Source of the DNA: Enoplolaimus lenunculus
Lineage: Eukaryota
NCBI GenBank assembly: GCA_030248215.1
Contig: JASANG010001546.1
Coordinates: forward strand, 558,001 to 622,000
DNA length: 64,000 nucleotides
Direction of reading: 5' to 3'
The notes under the pieces were generated by a model. That model had not been told where the DNA came from. It did not search any database and saw only the letters and a program-made list of their open reading frames with translations. Within the stretch, counting starts at the first letter, position 1; every line of letters starts with the position of its first letter. The translations under genes were made by a program, and so were the position numbers. Positions 1-10,556 of the stretch are shown here, piece after piece.

Positions 1-1032
1 CTCGTGAATACGCAAACAATGAATTTTTATTTATATATAAGGCAGCGCAGGTTAAAACTAGAAAGGAAATATCAACGTAAGTCTTAAGATTATGCCTCGA
101 AGTTTTAGAAACAACAGCATCTGGAACAAAAATTATTGAATTCAGAATTTTTTACGAATCTTATAAGCTTCTATGTACGAATCAGTGTGACGAGTCGAAT
201 TTAACTATCACCCAGAAATTTCAAAACACAATTTGTATGATGCGTGGATTGGTCCTAGTTTCTATTAGCCAACATATCTGACCTTGCTTTACGAAGAAAT
301 TAAAAAAATTGTTTAGGAATGCCATAAGGTTTGGCTCAAGGTTCTAATTGGGTTCAGGAAAAGTTCAAAACACTTACAAAATATTCACAAAAAGTACTTA
401 AACACAGAAAACTTTTGCAACATCTTAAGGAACTAAAAATTACTGATGTTGACCGGACTGGACCGGCTCGGCAATAGTGGATCGGAGGTTCGGATTGATG
501 ATCGTCCAAAGCTGATGAGCGAGAAAATCGCTGCGGATATCATGAAAAACATAAACACCATTTTCCACGGATTTTTCCCATTCTGTCATTTAAGCTGTGG
601 AAACCGGAGCAGGAAAATTGTTTAAGAACATATTTATAAGTTATATAACTGTCGGACCGGACTGTAGAATACATTCGGACCCGTTCAGTTTAGTCCACAT
701 CCCACAAAAAATGACTAAATCGATATATACATAGCATACAAAATATCACAATATGTACATTATGAATACCGCATACGGGTATTAAAGACGGAAATGGCAC
801 TCAATTCTTGCAAATTTGAGACAAACAATCATTTTTACACAATTATCAGTGAAAGAGATAAATTTCCGCCAGCGAAAAAAAACTAAAACGCGAAAGCGAA
901 ACGATTAACGTATAAAAATATACACCGCTTTACATCTAATCATAGGCGATAGCAAACTAAAACTTTTCGACAACAAATGTTTCAAATTTCGTCTCTGATT
1001 CCGTCAATAATTACGTCGGCAAAAATGCTGTA

Positions 1033-1937
1033 ACGCAATAAAAGACCATTTAAATTGAACCACTACGTATCAAAGTTAACGACGATTCTGACGATTCTCA
1101 CACGCAATAAAAGACCATTTAAATTGAACCACTACGTATCAAAGTTAACGACGATTCTGACGATTCTCACACGCAATAAAAGACCATTTAAATTGAACCA
1201 CTACGTATCAAAGTTAACGACGATTCTGACGATTCTCACACGCAATAAAAGACCATTTAAATTGAACCACTACGTATCAAAGTTAACGACGATTCTGACG
1301 ATTCTCACACGCAATAAAAGACCATTTAAATTGAACCACTACGTATCAAAGTTAACGACGATTCTGACGACGCATAATCTCACACGCAATAAAAGACCAT
1401 TTAAATCATGAACCACTACGTATCAAAGTTAACGACGATTCTGACGATTCTCACACGCAATAAAAGACCATTTAAATTGAACCACTACGTATCAAAGTTA
1501 ACGACGATTCTGACGATTCTCACACGCAATAAAAGACCATTTAAATTGAACCACTACGTATCAAAGTTAACGACGATTCTGACGATTCTCACACGCAATA
1601 AAAGACCATTTAAATTGAACCACTACGTATCAAAGTTAACGACGATTCTGACGATTCTCACACGCAATAAAAGACCATTTAAATTGAACCACTACGTATC
1701 AAAGTTAACGACGATTCTGACGATTCTCACAAGCAATAAAAGACCATTTAAATTGAACCACTACGTATCAAAGTTAACGACGATTCTGACGATTCTCACA
1801 CGCAATAAAAGACCATTTAAATTGAACCACTACGTATCAAAGTTAACGACGATTCTGACGATTCTCACACGCAATAAAAGACCATTTAAATTGAACCACT
1901 ACGTATCAAAGTTAACGACGATTCTGACGATTCTCAC
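1033..1937. repeat. 69-bp tandem array, 13 near-identical copies
   Basis: Unit acgcaataaaagaccatttaaattgaaccactacgtatcaaagttaacgacgattctgacgattctcac. 13x69=897 plus 6-bp and 2-bp insertions near 1371-1408 gives 905 bp. Explains the repetitive ORFs 1055..1411 and 1408..2097. Confidence 0.97.
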
Positions 1938-4651
1938 GTTGCGTAGACTTAAAAATGCCATGAGCGACAGTAACAACGGCAGCCACTCCAACCACAGCTG
2001 CGGCAACTGTTCCTGCTGTCTGCCAGTTTTCCGCCTGTGTAAAATGAAATGTTTAAAACCAAATCAAATCTTACTGATACGAATCAGCATGAATTGAAGT
2101 ATTACAGACAATGTATATAAAATACCAGTTCAATGATGCGATTGCAAAATAATGCTTGCGTTTAAACTGTTCAATGTATACATGTTATCAAGAGCGGGTA
2201 ATGGTTTCAACAACAGTGTGCAACTGGTTACATTCTGTATACTTACAAAACAATGTACCCGGCACGCGTTGCATTATTCCCTTACCCCCACTTTATTTAG
2301 GTGGGGCGGTGTTGAAACCTTGAACGCAGCCAAATATATACTGTTGCGATACATAGTGGAAACATTATTCGATTATATTCTTGATCTAGCTTTAGTTGAG
2401 TTCTGTGTGCAGTTGACCCCCTAAATAAGGGGGGGAGGGTATGGGCACAACGCACCGCGCGGTGATACTTTTTAAGCAAGCCACGCGTATTTTAGGAAGA
2501 TGTACACTCTTATCATCCACTCTTGATGTTATAAAGTTAAAAATATATACATGCAACCGAAATATTTATTTTAGTTTTCTATTTTGCTATATATTACTGG
2601 TGAAATAAACCTTTAGTTGATGATAGTGACTTTAATCTGCTGTATTCTAGATTTTCATTATCCATGGAAGCGAAATCTACCTTCGATGGTTCCTTTTCGG
2701 TATTTGTCAATGTTTATATACTATACTATTAAAATCTATTTTATTTTATCGTCTCATTTTAGTAAAATGTTTAACTTCCGCCGTCCAATATTTAATAGCA
2801 GAATTTTTAATTCCGGCAAAACTTTAGCGGAACCGGAAGCTGCAAAATTACCGCAACCGGAATTCCAGTTGCACACGGATTGGTTCAACCTTCTCGTGAT
2901 ATTTCTCAAGCGATCCAAATCCTACACAAAATTCAAAACGATAATTTTACAGCACAAAAACGACCTTATGTGTCATCTGAAATAAGATACCAACCCATCT
3001 AAATAAAGTTTACCTGACAGCTCCTTTCAACTCCATAGCGACACCGATTTACAAACGATTCACAGTTGTTGCGGCTCAAATCGTACTGGAATGCGCTATT
3101 TTTGAGTGCATTCTTTGCCGTTTCAACAACGTCTTGAACTGTTCGCACAGGCCATCGCGTGTCGTTTTCGTTATTTATCCGGCATTTGCTTGTGCCAGCA
3201 ACCCGCGTTAAACTGTCGCGAACAATATCAACCTCTGATCCTGACATAACAATTAAGGCTGACGCTAGACTTTTGATGACGTTCGTGCGACGTCCGTTAC
3301 TGTCCGGCGCCGTGCGTCCCCGTGCGACGGATGTTGCCATCCTTAAGTTTACTCGGATAGTCATTTCTTGTACAAAATCAACAAAAAAATTAGTACATGT
3401 TTTTATTTTGATCACTGTCAACTTCCGTTTTGTACCGCGCTGTCCGTCAACGTGCGCTATGGTACGCAAATAACTCACGTACGATAATGTATGGTACGGA
3501 CGGCGCTGTACGGTAACATACGGTGACAGACGGCGCCGGACGGGTGACAGCCGGCACCGGACGGGTGACAGACGGTACCGGACAGGTGACAGACGGCACC
3601 GGACAGGTGACAGACGGCACCGGACAGGTGACAGACGGCACCGGACAGGTGACAGCCGATACTGAACGGGTGAAGGACGGCACCGGACGTTAAGTATAGC
3701 GCAACCCTAACGCTTAAAACCATTGGTTTTACAATGAATATCACTTACCATTTGTAGAATGTGAACAGGATAAAATCGTTTGTGACGCCGCTGTCGCATC
3801 AGATTCTCCAGTCACATGTATCACTTCGCCATTACCAACGTACACAGCCCAGTGCTGAAAATGACATATATTTTTACATTCTGCTTTTGATAGAAATTTC
3901 ATTGTTTAATTTGAATAAACTTCGACAATTCTATACATCGCGAAGATTTTTGTAATAAGCGATAAAATATAACAAATTGGCAAAAGAAAAATTATATTTC
4001 AACGAAATACGACTCAATTCTGCAATCAAATGGAAATACAAAGCATACGTAGTGGGGTATTTTAGCAGCCTTTGCCTAATTTGTCAACGCTGTCATGCAT
4101 ATTGTATATACATTTAGATATATTTCCGTTTCCGGTTTATTTCTCAACATGCAATTTCCGTAAAAGGCTGGACTTTAGCTTTACCGATTTTCCGTAACTT
4201 TCTTTGCTTTCTCTATTACATTCAAAAATGCAAATAGATGTTTATATCTGGTTTCAGTAGAACGGCCAATATTACTGTAAAGGCGTAACAGTAGATTAAG
4301 CATATTCCTAAGCCTAAGCCTAAGCGTTGCAAAAATGTGTTCCAAAGCGTAATCCTAAGCCTAATCCTAATAAGTCTAAGCAAAAATTTAATCTAGAATC
4401 TAAAACTACTTTTTTATAGACCCACCAGAACCTGTACGTCCCTTAAACATGGGCTAGTAGAACTATACAATACAGTAGCTATAGGTACACCTTGTTACGG
4501 CTGTGTTGACATAAATAAAAAATATCTGTATACATCTTACCGAATAGAACCCTCTGTGAAATTCAATTAAATCTCCTTCCTCCAACAATCCGGATATAAG
4601 AAGCTCAAGAGCTGTCATCCATTCTGTACATTTTGACTGAGTATCGCGCAT
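1912..4651 (-). CDS. PLAAT/HRASLS (LRAT-domain, permuted NlpC/P60) phospholipase A/acyltransferase-like protein, ~188 aa, 4 coding exons
   Basis: Exons (minus) 4651-4541, 3854-3749, 3240-3014, 2034-1912, all GT-AG with consistent phases (567 nt). Motifs GDLIEFHRGFYS-HWAVYVGNGEVIH (H-box), NNCESFVNRCRYG (NCExF catalytic Cys), C-terminal hydrophobic segment TVAAAVVGVAAVVTVAHGIF followed by basic tail RENRQNRR*. Confidence 0.9.
3522..3690. repeat. 21-bp tandem repeat (~8 copies) inside a Tourist-like MITE ending at 3707
   Basis: Unit ggtgacagacggcaccggaca; followed by the family TIR aagtatagcgcaaccc+taa. Lies in PLAAT intron 2. Confidence 0.85.
4264..4455. mobile_element. GGCC-terminated MITE with 8-bp TSD and internal (GCCTAA)n, Merlin-like
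   Basis: TSD AGTAGAAC at 4256-4263 and 4456-4463; termini ggccaat...catgggct; internal cctaagcctaagcctaag. Confidence 0.8.
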
Positions 4652-5030
4652 GATTATCAACTGGTAGACACAAAACTTTATTATGGCAGATTATGATAAG
4701 TCCACTTAAATAACCAAATGCCTTTAACCTAGAAGTAACATCCCATCCAAAGTTTTAACCCTTGGAACAAAAGTACAGTAAGCAACACTGCACTTAATTG
4801 GTATATATCCAAAATATTGGGGTTCCCACCAACTCCGGGACAATATCGATTTCCTGCTCAACGTTAAGTAATTATGGATTTTGCTGAAATTTCCAGAAAT
4901 TTCGAGAGTGAAACGTTTCTAAATTTCAATAAAAATTACGCGTTGCGGTCCAACAGTTTGTAGGAAATTCATCATAATTGTTAGCAAATTTTGCTTCATC
5001 TTCTGTTGCATCTTGCTGTTGAATGATTAA

Positions 5031-5295
5031 CCCCTTCTCACATTGAGTTGCCCATAGGCAACTCAGCACAGTGTATATACGTTAAATAATATATATCGTA
5101 CAGTGTTCAACAACTGTAACACGTACACATAGTACTAAATCACCACAAGACGTGAGAGTCCCCTCGGGCTCGAGCATCAAGCTCCTCTATAGCTGAGTGG
5201 TGATGGAATACGCCTCCCACTCCAGTCACTGGAGTTCGAATCCTAGCATAAAAGTATGTCTCAGGGGAAATAGAAAATATTCATGTGAGAAAGGG
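5031..5295 (+). mobile_element. piggyBac-type MITE (TTAA flanks, CCC termini) with internal tRNA-like A/B boxes, copy 1
   Basis: TTAA at 5027-5030 and 5296-5299; TIR cccyttctcacat/atgtgagaaaggg; A box tagctgagtgg 5190-5200, B box ggagttcgaatcc 5231-5243. Confidence 0.85.
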
Positions 5296-5328
5296 TTAAG
5301 CGAAAAATTTTCACTTTACTGTCTATAA

Positions 5329-5587
5329 CCCCTTCTCACATTGAGTTGCATATAGGCAACTCAGCGCAGTGTATATACGTTAAATAATATATCGCAGTGT
5401 TCAACAACTGTAACACGTACACATAGTACTAAATCACCACAAGACGTGAGAGCCCCCTCGGGCTTGAGCGTCAAGGTCCTATAGCTGAGTGGTGATGGTA
5501 TTCGCCTCCCACTCCAGTCACCGGAGTTCGAATCCTAGCATAAAAGTAGATCTCAAGGGAAACAGAAAATATTCATGTGAGAAAGGG
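5329..5587 (+). mobile_element. piggyBac-type MITE, copy 2 (tandem to copy 1)
   Basis: Highly similar to 5031-5295; ATAA/TTAA flanks. Confidence 0.85.
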
Positions 5588-5887
5588 TTAATATATATGT
5601 ATATATGCATATGTATGCGTATGTGCTATGGATATAACCTATAAATGACAAATCACCGCCACAAGCACAAGACTTCAAAGCTGCCTCGGGTTTGAGCAAG
5701 TATACTTCTTACAACGTGACGGCGATAATTAGCACATTTTTATCCGAGAATCTCGAGTACAAATTCTGGCTTGGAATTAACGGAAAATATTCGTTCAAAA
5801 ATAATATATTTAAACCCGTGACATATATAAAATTTTACTTGGATATTGAAAATATAGACATTATTTTTTAAATTGCTCGGTATATAC

Positions 5888-6193
5888 CAGGGTACAACCG
5901 GAGGTGAAAAATACCATAGCCGGAGGTCCAAAAAACTTGTTGAAGGCGGAGCCGGAGCCGGAAGTGAGGCGAACTTAAGTAGTAAAAATGATGGTTAATT
6001 AGTTAATTTTAGCCAATATTTGCAATATGTTGTTAAGTTGATTGATTTTACGCTAATTTTCTGCGAAATTTCGCAAATTATTGCCTCAAAATTGAGACAA
6101 TAATAAAACGAAACACGCTTAACAGATGAATTTTGCAAAATTATGCCAAATTTTATTACCAAAATTGCGAGACAGAACTCCGGTTGTACGCTG
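5888..6193. mobile_element. hAT-like MITE (CAG termini, 8-bp TSD)
   Basis: TIR cagggtacaaccgg...ccggttgtacgctg; TSD GTATATAC at 5880-5887 and 6194-6201; inverted homologue at 50269-50612. Confidence 0.85.
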
Positions 6194-7043
6194 GTATATA
6201 CACCACCAGAAATAACACACTCTCAGTACGGTACAACTGGCAGTAAAAGAAACCGAAACGGGAATTTAACAAATTTTGTCGGAACCGGAGCCGACAATGA
6301 AGCCAGAGATAAAAAACATTTGGTCATATAAGGCAAAAATTGCATATTTTAATAGTTGGCAAAGTGTTGTCAAACAATAGTTCATAAGTTCTCTTTCAAC
6401 AAATCTGCGCCGTTAAGGCTTTCAAAATAGCCCGAAAGTTTCGAAATTGCCGGTCGCCAGAACCTCCAGCAAAATTTCTCGCGGAGTCGGCGTCATAGAT
6501 TGATTTGTTCCGAAACCGGTGGTAAACCTGGGCCCCCGTAACCAGAGGGGGGGCAAGGGAGCTCAGCCACTCCCTGGAAAAATTTTGGCACCCTGCAAAA
6601 TTTTCAACCTTGCTTGCAAATCATCGAAAACCCTTGTATGCTCCTCCTAAATTTTTTAGCCCCCCTAGCAAACTGAGCTGGCAACGGGCCTGGGTACAAC
6701 ACCGGTTGTACCCTGTCACTGATGATACGTCGTAGGTGGATGTTACATTCCAGACTGCGATTATATTTACTCTTAGCAGTGACGTAATCTGGATATGATT
6801 TCGAAAAGAATAATCATGTCTAAACGTTTTTGTAAGTGGCCGTGGCGAGGTGGCGAGCGAGACAAAAATTTTAATTTTACAGCCTGTAAACGTGCCTTTA
6901 CGACGCTTTTTTACGAGAATCCCGTTTTCGCAACCAATTTCATAATGGTGTATAGGCATTTTTTACGCTTAGTCGTAATTTTAAAAGTTACAAAATTATC
7001 CTGACTAAAATCGACCATATTTCAAATAATACGCGGCTAAAAA

Positions 7044-8423
7044 TTAAATCCTTTGAAACACAGCCACAAAAAATCCATTCATTAAATCGCGTTTCGGGTC
7101 AGTGCGAAAACAACTGGCTCCACATTCGAATTCAAGTCGTCCGCGACGTTTCCAACCAGCAATCGCCTCTGAATCGAGTTTAAATCGATCACAAATCCAA
7201 CTGTCGTTTAGTGCTTCTTCAACCACAGCTTCATTTTCTTCGTCGTAAACTGAACAGGTTGAATAAACAAGTCGTTCAAGCGATGGCAAATTTCTCAAAC
7301 TATGCTTTAACATCATTGCTTGTAAATTTGCTAGTGTCTTAATTCGACCGGAACCCTTTAAATTGTCTGAGTCATTCCCATCAGGCACCAGGTAGTCCAG
7401 CCTTTTAGCCACCGTTCCAGATCCGCTACATGGCACATCTAATAGACAATGAGTCACCGCTGAATACTCACGACCGTTCGAAAAGTCTTCCTTCAAAATA
7501 TCACCAAGTTTAACCTGAGCATTTTTCACCCCGTATGACTCAATAAACGAGCACATAACCTCGACCCTCGTGTAATCTCTATCCACCAATAGCAACTGAC
7601 CTGTATTGTTCATTAACGCCGCTAAATGAGACGCTTTTAACCCCGGAGCAGCGCATGCATCTAAAACTATTGAATCCGGCGGTGGCATCAAAGCATTGGT
7701 CGCTAAACAACTGGACTTATCTTGAAGAATTAAACGGCCTTGTTTATACGCTCGAAGTTGAGTCAACCGCGCCTTAGGATGAAACACCAGCAATCCATGC
7801 AAATGAGGATCGGCAAAAAATTCAAATTGTTTCAATTCCGCAACGGCATTTCGAAACGCTTTCGATTTCCGTAAATTTTTCTTAAACATTTTACGCTTCA
7901 GTCCAATTCCATCTAATTCGTTGACAACTTCGTCAAAACTAGCACGACAACTATTTACACGAGCATAGCGTGGTATGTCTGTAGATTGTTGTGGTAGAAT
8001 TTCATTTGGCAAAAAGCCTTTAGAATTCAATGTCCCAGCGCAAATCAATTGTTCTAAAATAACTTTAATCTCATCCTGTACCGAAGCAAACATATGTTTC
8101 AACGCTGCTTTAGTTCGCCTACAACTTCCAAACAAATACTGTTGTAAGCAAACACGAACTAAATCCCGTGAGATATCACTGAATTGGTTTAATTTCATGA
8201 TTCCACTACGCTGAATGATTAAATCCAACACAATCCGATATTTTAAACAATCACATGTAATTTTGAGCAATTTAGTCTTTTGCGGTTCTTCCGAGGCATA
8301 AACTAATGCTCGTAAACTTCCATGCTTCAACTCGAGTTGACTCAAAATGTGAGCAGACGCAGTCAACAGTTGCTCCAACGACGAGTTGCGAATAGGGAGA
8401 GTATTACGATTCACTTTCGTCAT
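7044..8423 (-). CDS. NSUN5: 28S rRNA (cytosine-C5)-methyltransferase NSUN5/Rcm1-like, 459 aa, single exon
   Basis: IPRYARVN, LILQDKSSCL, SAM-binding LDACAAPGLK, motif IV LLDVPCSGSG, motif VI LVYSTCS, C-terminal NGFFVAVF. The N-terminal GSLRALVY segment is typical of the NSUN5 subfamily. Confidence 0.9.
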   Translation of the reverse strand: MTKVNRNTLPIRNSSLEQLLTASAHILSQLELKHGSLRALVYASEEPQKTKLLKITCDCLKYRIVLDLIIQRSGIMKLNQFSDISRDLVRVCLQQYLFGSCRRTKAALKHMFASVQDEIKVILEQLICAGTLNSKGFLPNEILPQQSTDIPRYARVNSCRASFDEVVNELDGIGLKRKMFKKNLRKSKAFRNAVAELKQFEFFADPHLHGLLVFHPKARLTQLRAYKQGRLILQDKSSCLATNALMPPPDSIVLDACAAPGLKASHLAALMNNTGQLLLVDRDYTRVEVMCSFIESYGVKNAQVKLGDILKEDFSNGREYSAVTHCLLDVPCSGSGTVAKRLDYLVPDGNDSDNLKGSGRIKTLANLQAMMLKHSLRNLPSLERLVYSTCSVYDEENEAVVEEALNDSWICDRFKLDSEAIAGWKRRGRLEFECGASCFRTDPKRDLMNGFFVAVFQRI

Positions 8424-8635
8424 TTATGAAAGCTCATCAATAGGCAGCGGTATACAAGAAATTTGCATTAACCATATACACTGGAGAATGTACGAATTTA
8501 AGTTAATTAACACAATCTTTTGCACTAAATACAAAATATAAATTTAGTAGATATTTTGTGGCTATGCCGTGCCTAATGCATTTAGACAGACCTGCCCGAA
8601 TACAAACACTGAACAAACGGTCCATATTAACTATA

Positions 8636-10146
8636 CATACAAAATACATTATCTTTTATTCAAGAAATTACTATTGCCTGAAATTTAAGACAATTATGTC
8701 TTGATACAGATTCCAGAAATATAAGACTTAAATTTAAGAAAACACTTATTTCTTGAATACAAGACATTTTTTCACTTTCATTTCCTAAATTTTTCAAAAC
8801 TATTGGTCTAAAAATTTTCACACTTAAATGTCCTAAATTTAAGACATTGTTTTATGAACGATTAACAAAAATATTTCTGAAAACTAAGACAAACATTTCT
8901 GAAATATTAGTCAAAATGCCCGGAATAAAACAGAGAAATTTGCCTTGAAAAACGACTCCAAAATTGGGGATAAAGCTCAACCCGACTATAATTTTACAAA
9001 CTAAGATACGTCCAAGACGTAAACTTAGGTTAGGGGAGCCTATAAAGCTTAACCAAAATTCAAATTTGATTATTTATATACCCTTTTAAGAATATAAACA
9101 AAGAAACTTTTTACATACATAAAAATCAGAAATTATTCTTGAATAAAAAAACTTTCTTGGAAGGACAGAAATTTGTGTCTTATAATTGGCAAAAGCAATT
9201 TCTTGAATATAAGACATGTATGTTATAAAGAAACGAATTTGCCTATTAATTAAAAAGTATAAGCCTAAATATAAGCCTAAACCAATATGCAGCCCTTAAC
9301 GTAAATATAAGCGTAAACCAATATACAACCCTAAACGTAAATATAAGCCTATAAAGCGTAAACCAAAGCCAAAACATTAGCGCCGATCAAACAAGCGTTG
9401 CAACGTGACTTGATATGTTATGGTACAGCCGTATGCATCGGGTTACGGTACAATTATTACTAGAAATTTTGATAATTCCGGTACACACAAAATAAATTGT
9501 CTTGAAATTTCAAGACTCTTACTTTCTTAAATTTTCAAAACATAAATGTCGTGTATTTCAGACAGTAGCTGTAGACAGCTCAGAAATTCGTGTCTGAAAT
9601 GGTTAAAACATAAATGTTTTATATTTAAGAAATTACTGTTGCAAATTTATAAAACATAAATTTCTTCCTTTCAAGAAATAGTTGTCTTGTATGCAAGACT
9701 AAGCTTCTGATTTTTATGTGCCCCAAAATGTTGCTCCGTCTATATTTTTAAGAGTGTATTTAAACAAACAAATTTTAAGATGGATACTTAGGGTTGAGCT
9801 TAGATTCCCCCAAGCGAAGTTTACGTGTTGGACGTATCTTAGGTTGTAAAATTAGGGCAATTGGTTGAGCTTTAGCCCGAATTCTGGAGATATTTTCCTA
9901 CAAAATCTTAGTCTTATAATTCAGACAAATTTGTCTCATGTTTCAGAAATACTTATGTGTCTTAATCATTCACGAAGCAGTTTTAACTTTAATACTTAAA
10001 AGTTCAAAAAATTTCACACGCATATTTCTGAAGAATTTAAGAAATAAAAGTCTTTAATTCAAGACATACATGTCTGGACTTCGTATTAAAACATAACTGT
10101 GTTAACAGACAATATTTCTTGAATATAATACAATGTATTTTGTGTG
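8636..10146. mobile_element. ~1.5-kb imperfect foldback element with CAY...GTG termini and TA flanks
   Basis: Left end catacaaaatacattatcttttattcaagaaat is the inverted match of right end atttcttgaatataatacaatgtattttgtgtg; inner 8960-9110 is inverted at 9750-9900; many aagac/gtctt subrepeats. Confidence 0.7.
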
Positions 10147-10556
10147 TAGTGACAGGGCAACTCTATTTCAAATAAAAAATTGTTTACGTCTTTCTCGATG
10201 CGAACAAAAGTCATGTAAACAAGTTTACTAACAGATTCTTTTAACAGAAGCATCGACAAAATAGTCCACAGAATACAAATAATGGCTATGCTTTTTCATT
10301 GGAATCGCACTCTCGCAAAACATAACAACAGCACACTATTCTTACGCATGTTACACTTGATTCTGCGTTGCTGCAGTGAGTATTGGCAACTGAAACTTGG
10401 GTGCAAAAGTGTTTGCCGTAAAAATATGCGCGTTCAACTTGCAGCTGCGAACGGGATTTTGACTAAAGTTGCACAGTGCACGTTGTAAATGTAAATCTCT
10501 CACTGCGAAAACTTGCATATGCGCATAAAACGCTTCACAATAAATAGTTAAACCAA

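Noticed and set aside
1..450. Possible decayed transposase C-terminus
   Set aside because: Only vague resemblance, multiple stops, no motif I can defend.
1033..1937. CRISPR array or repetitive protein (ORFs 1055..1411, 1408..2097)
   Set aside because: Units are identical end to end with no unique spacers and no cas genes. The ORFs are by-products of a 69-bp unit and lie antisense to the PLAAT terminal exon.
2999..3478. 159-aa ORF as a stand-alone gene
   Set aside because: Only 3240-3014 is exon; the rest reads through intronic MITE sequence.
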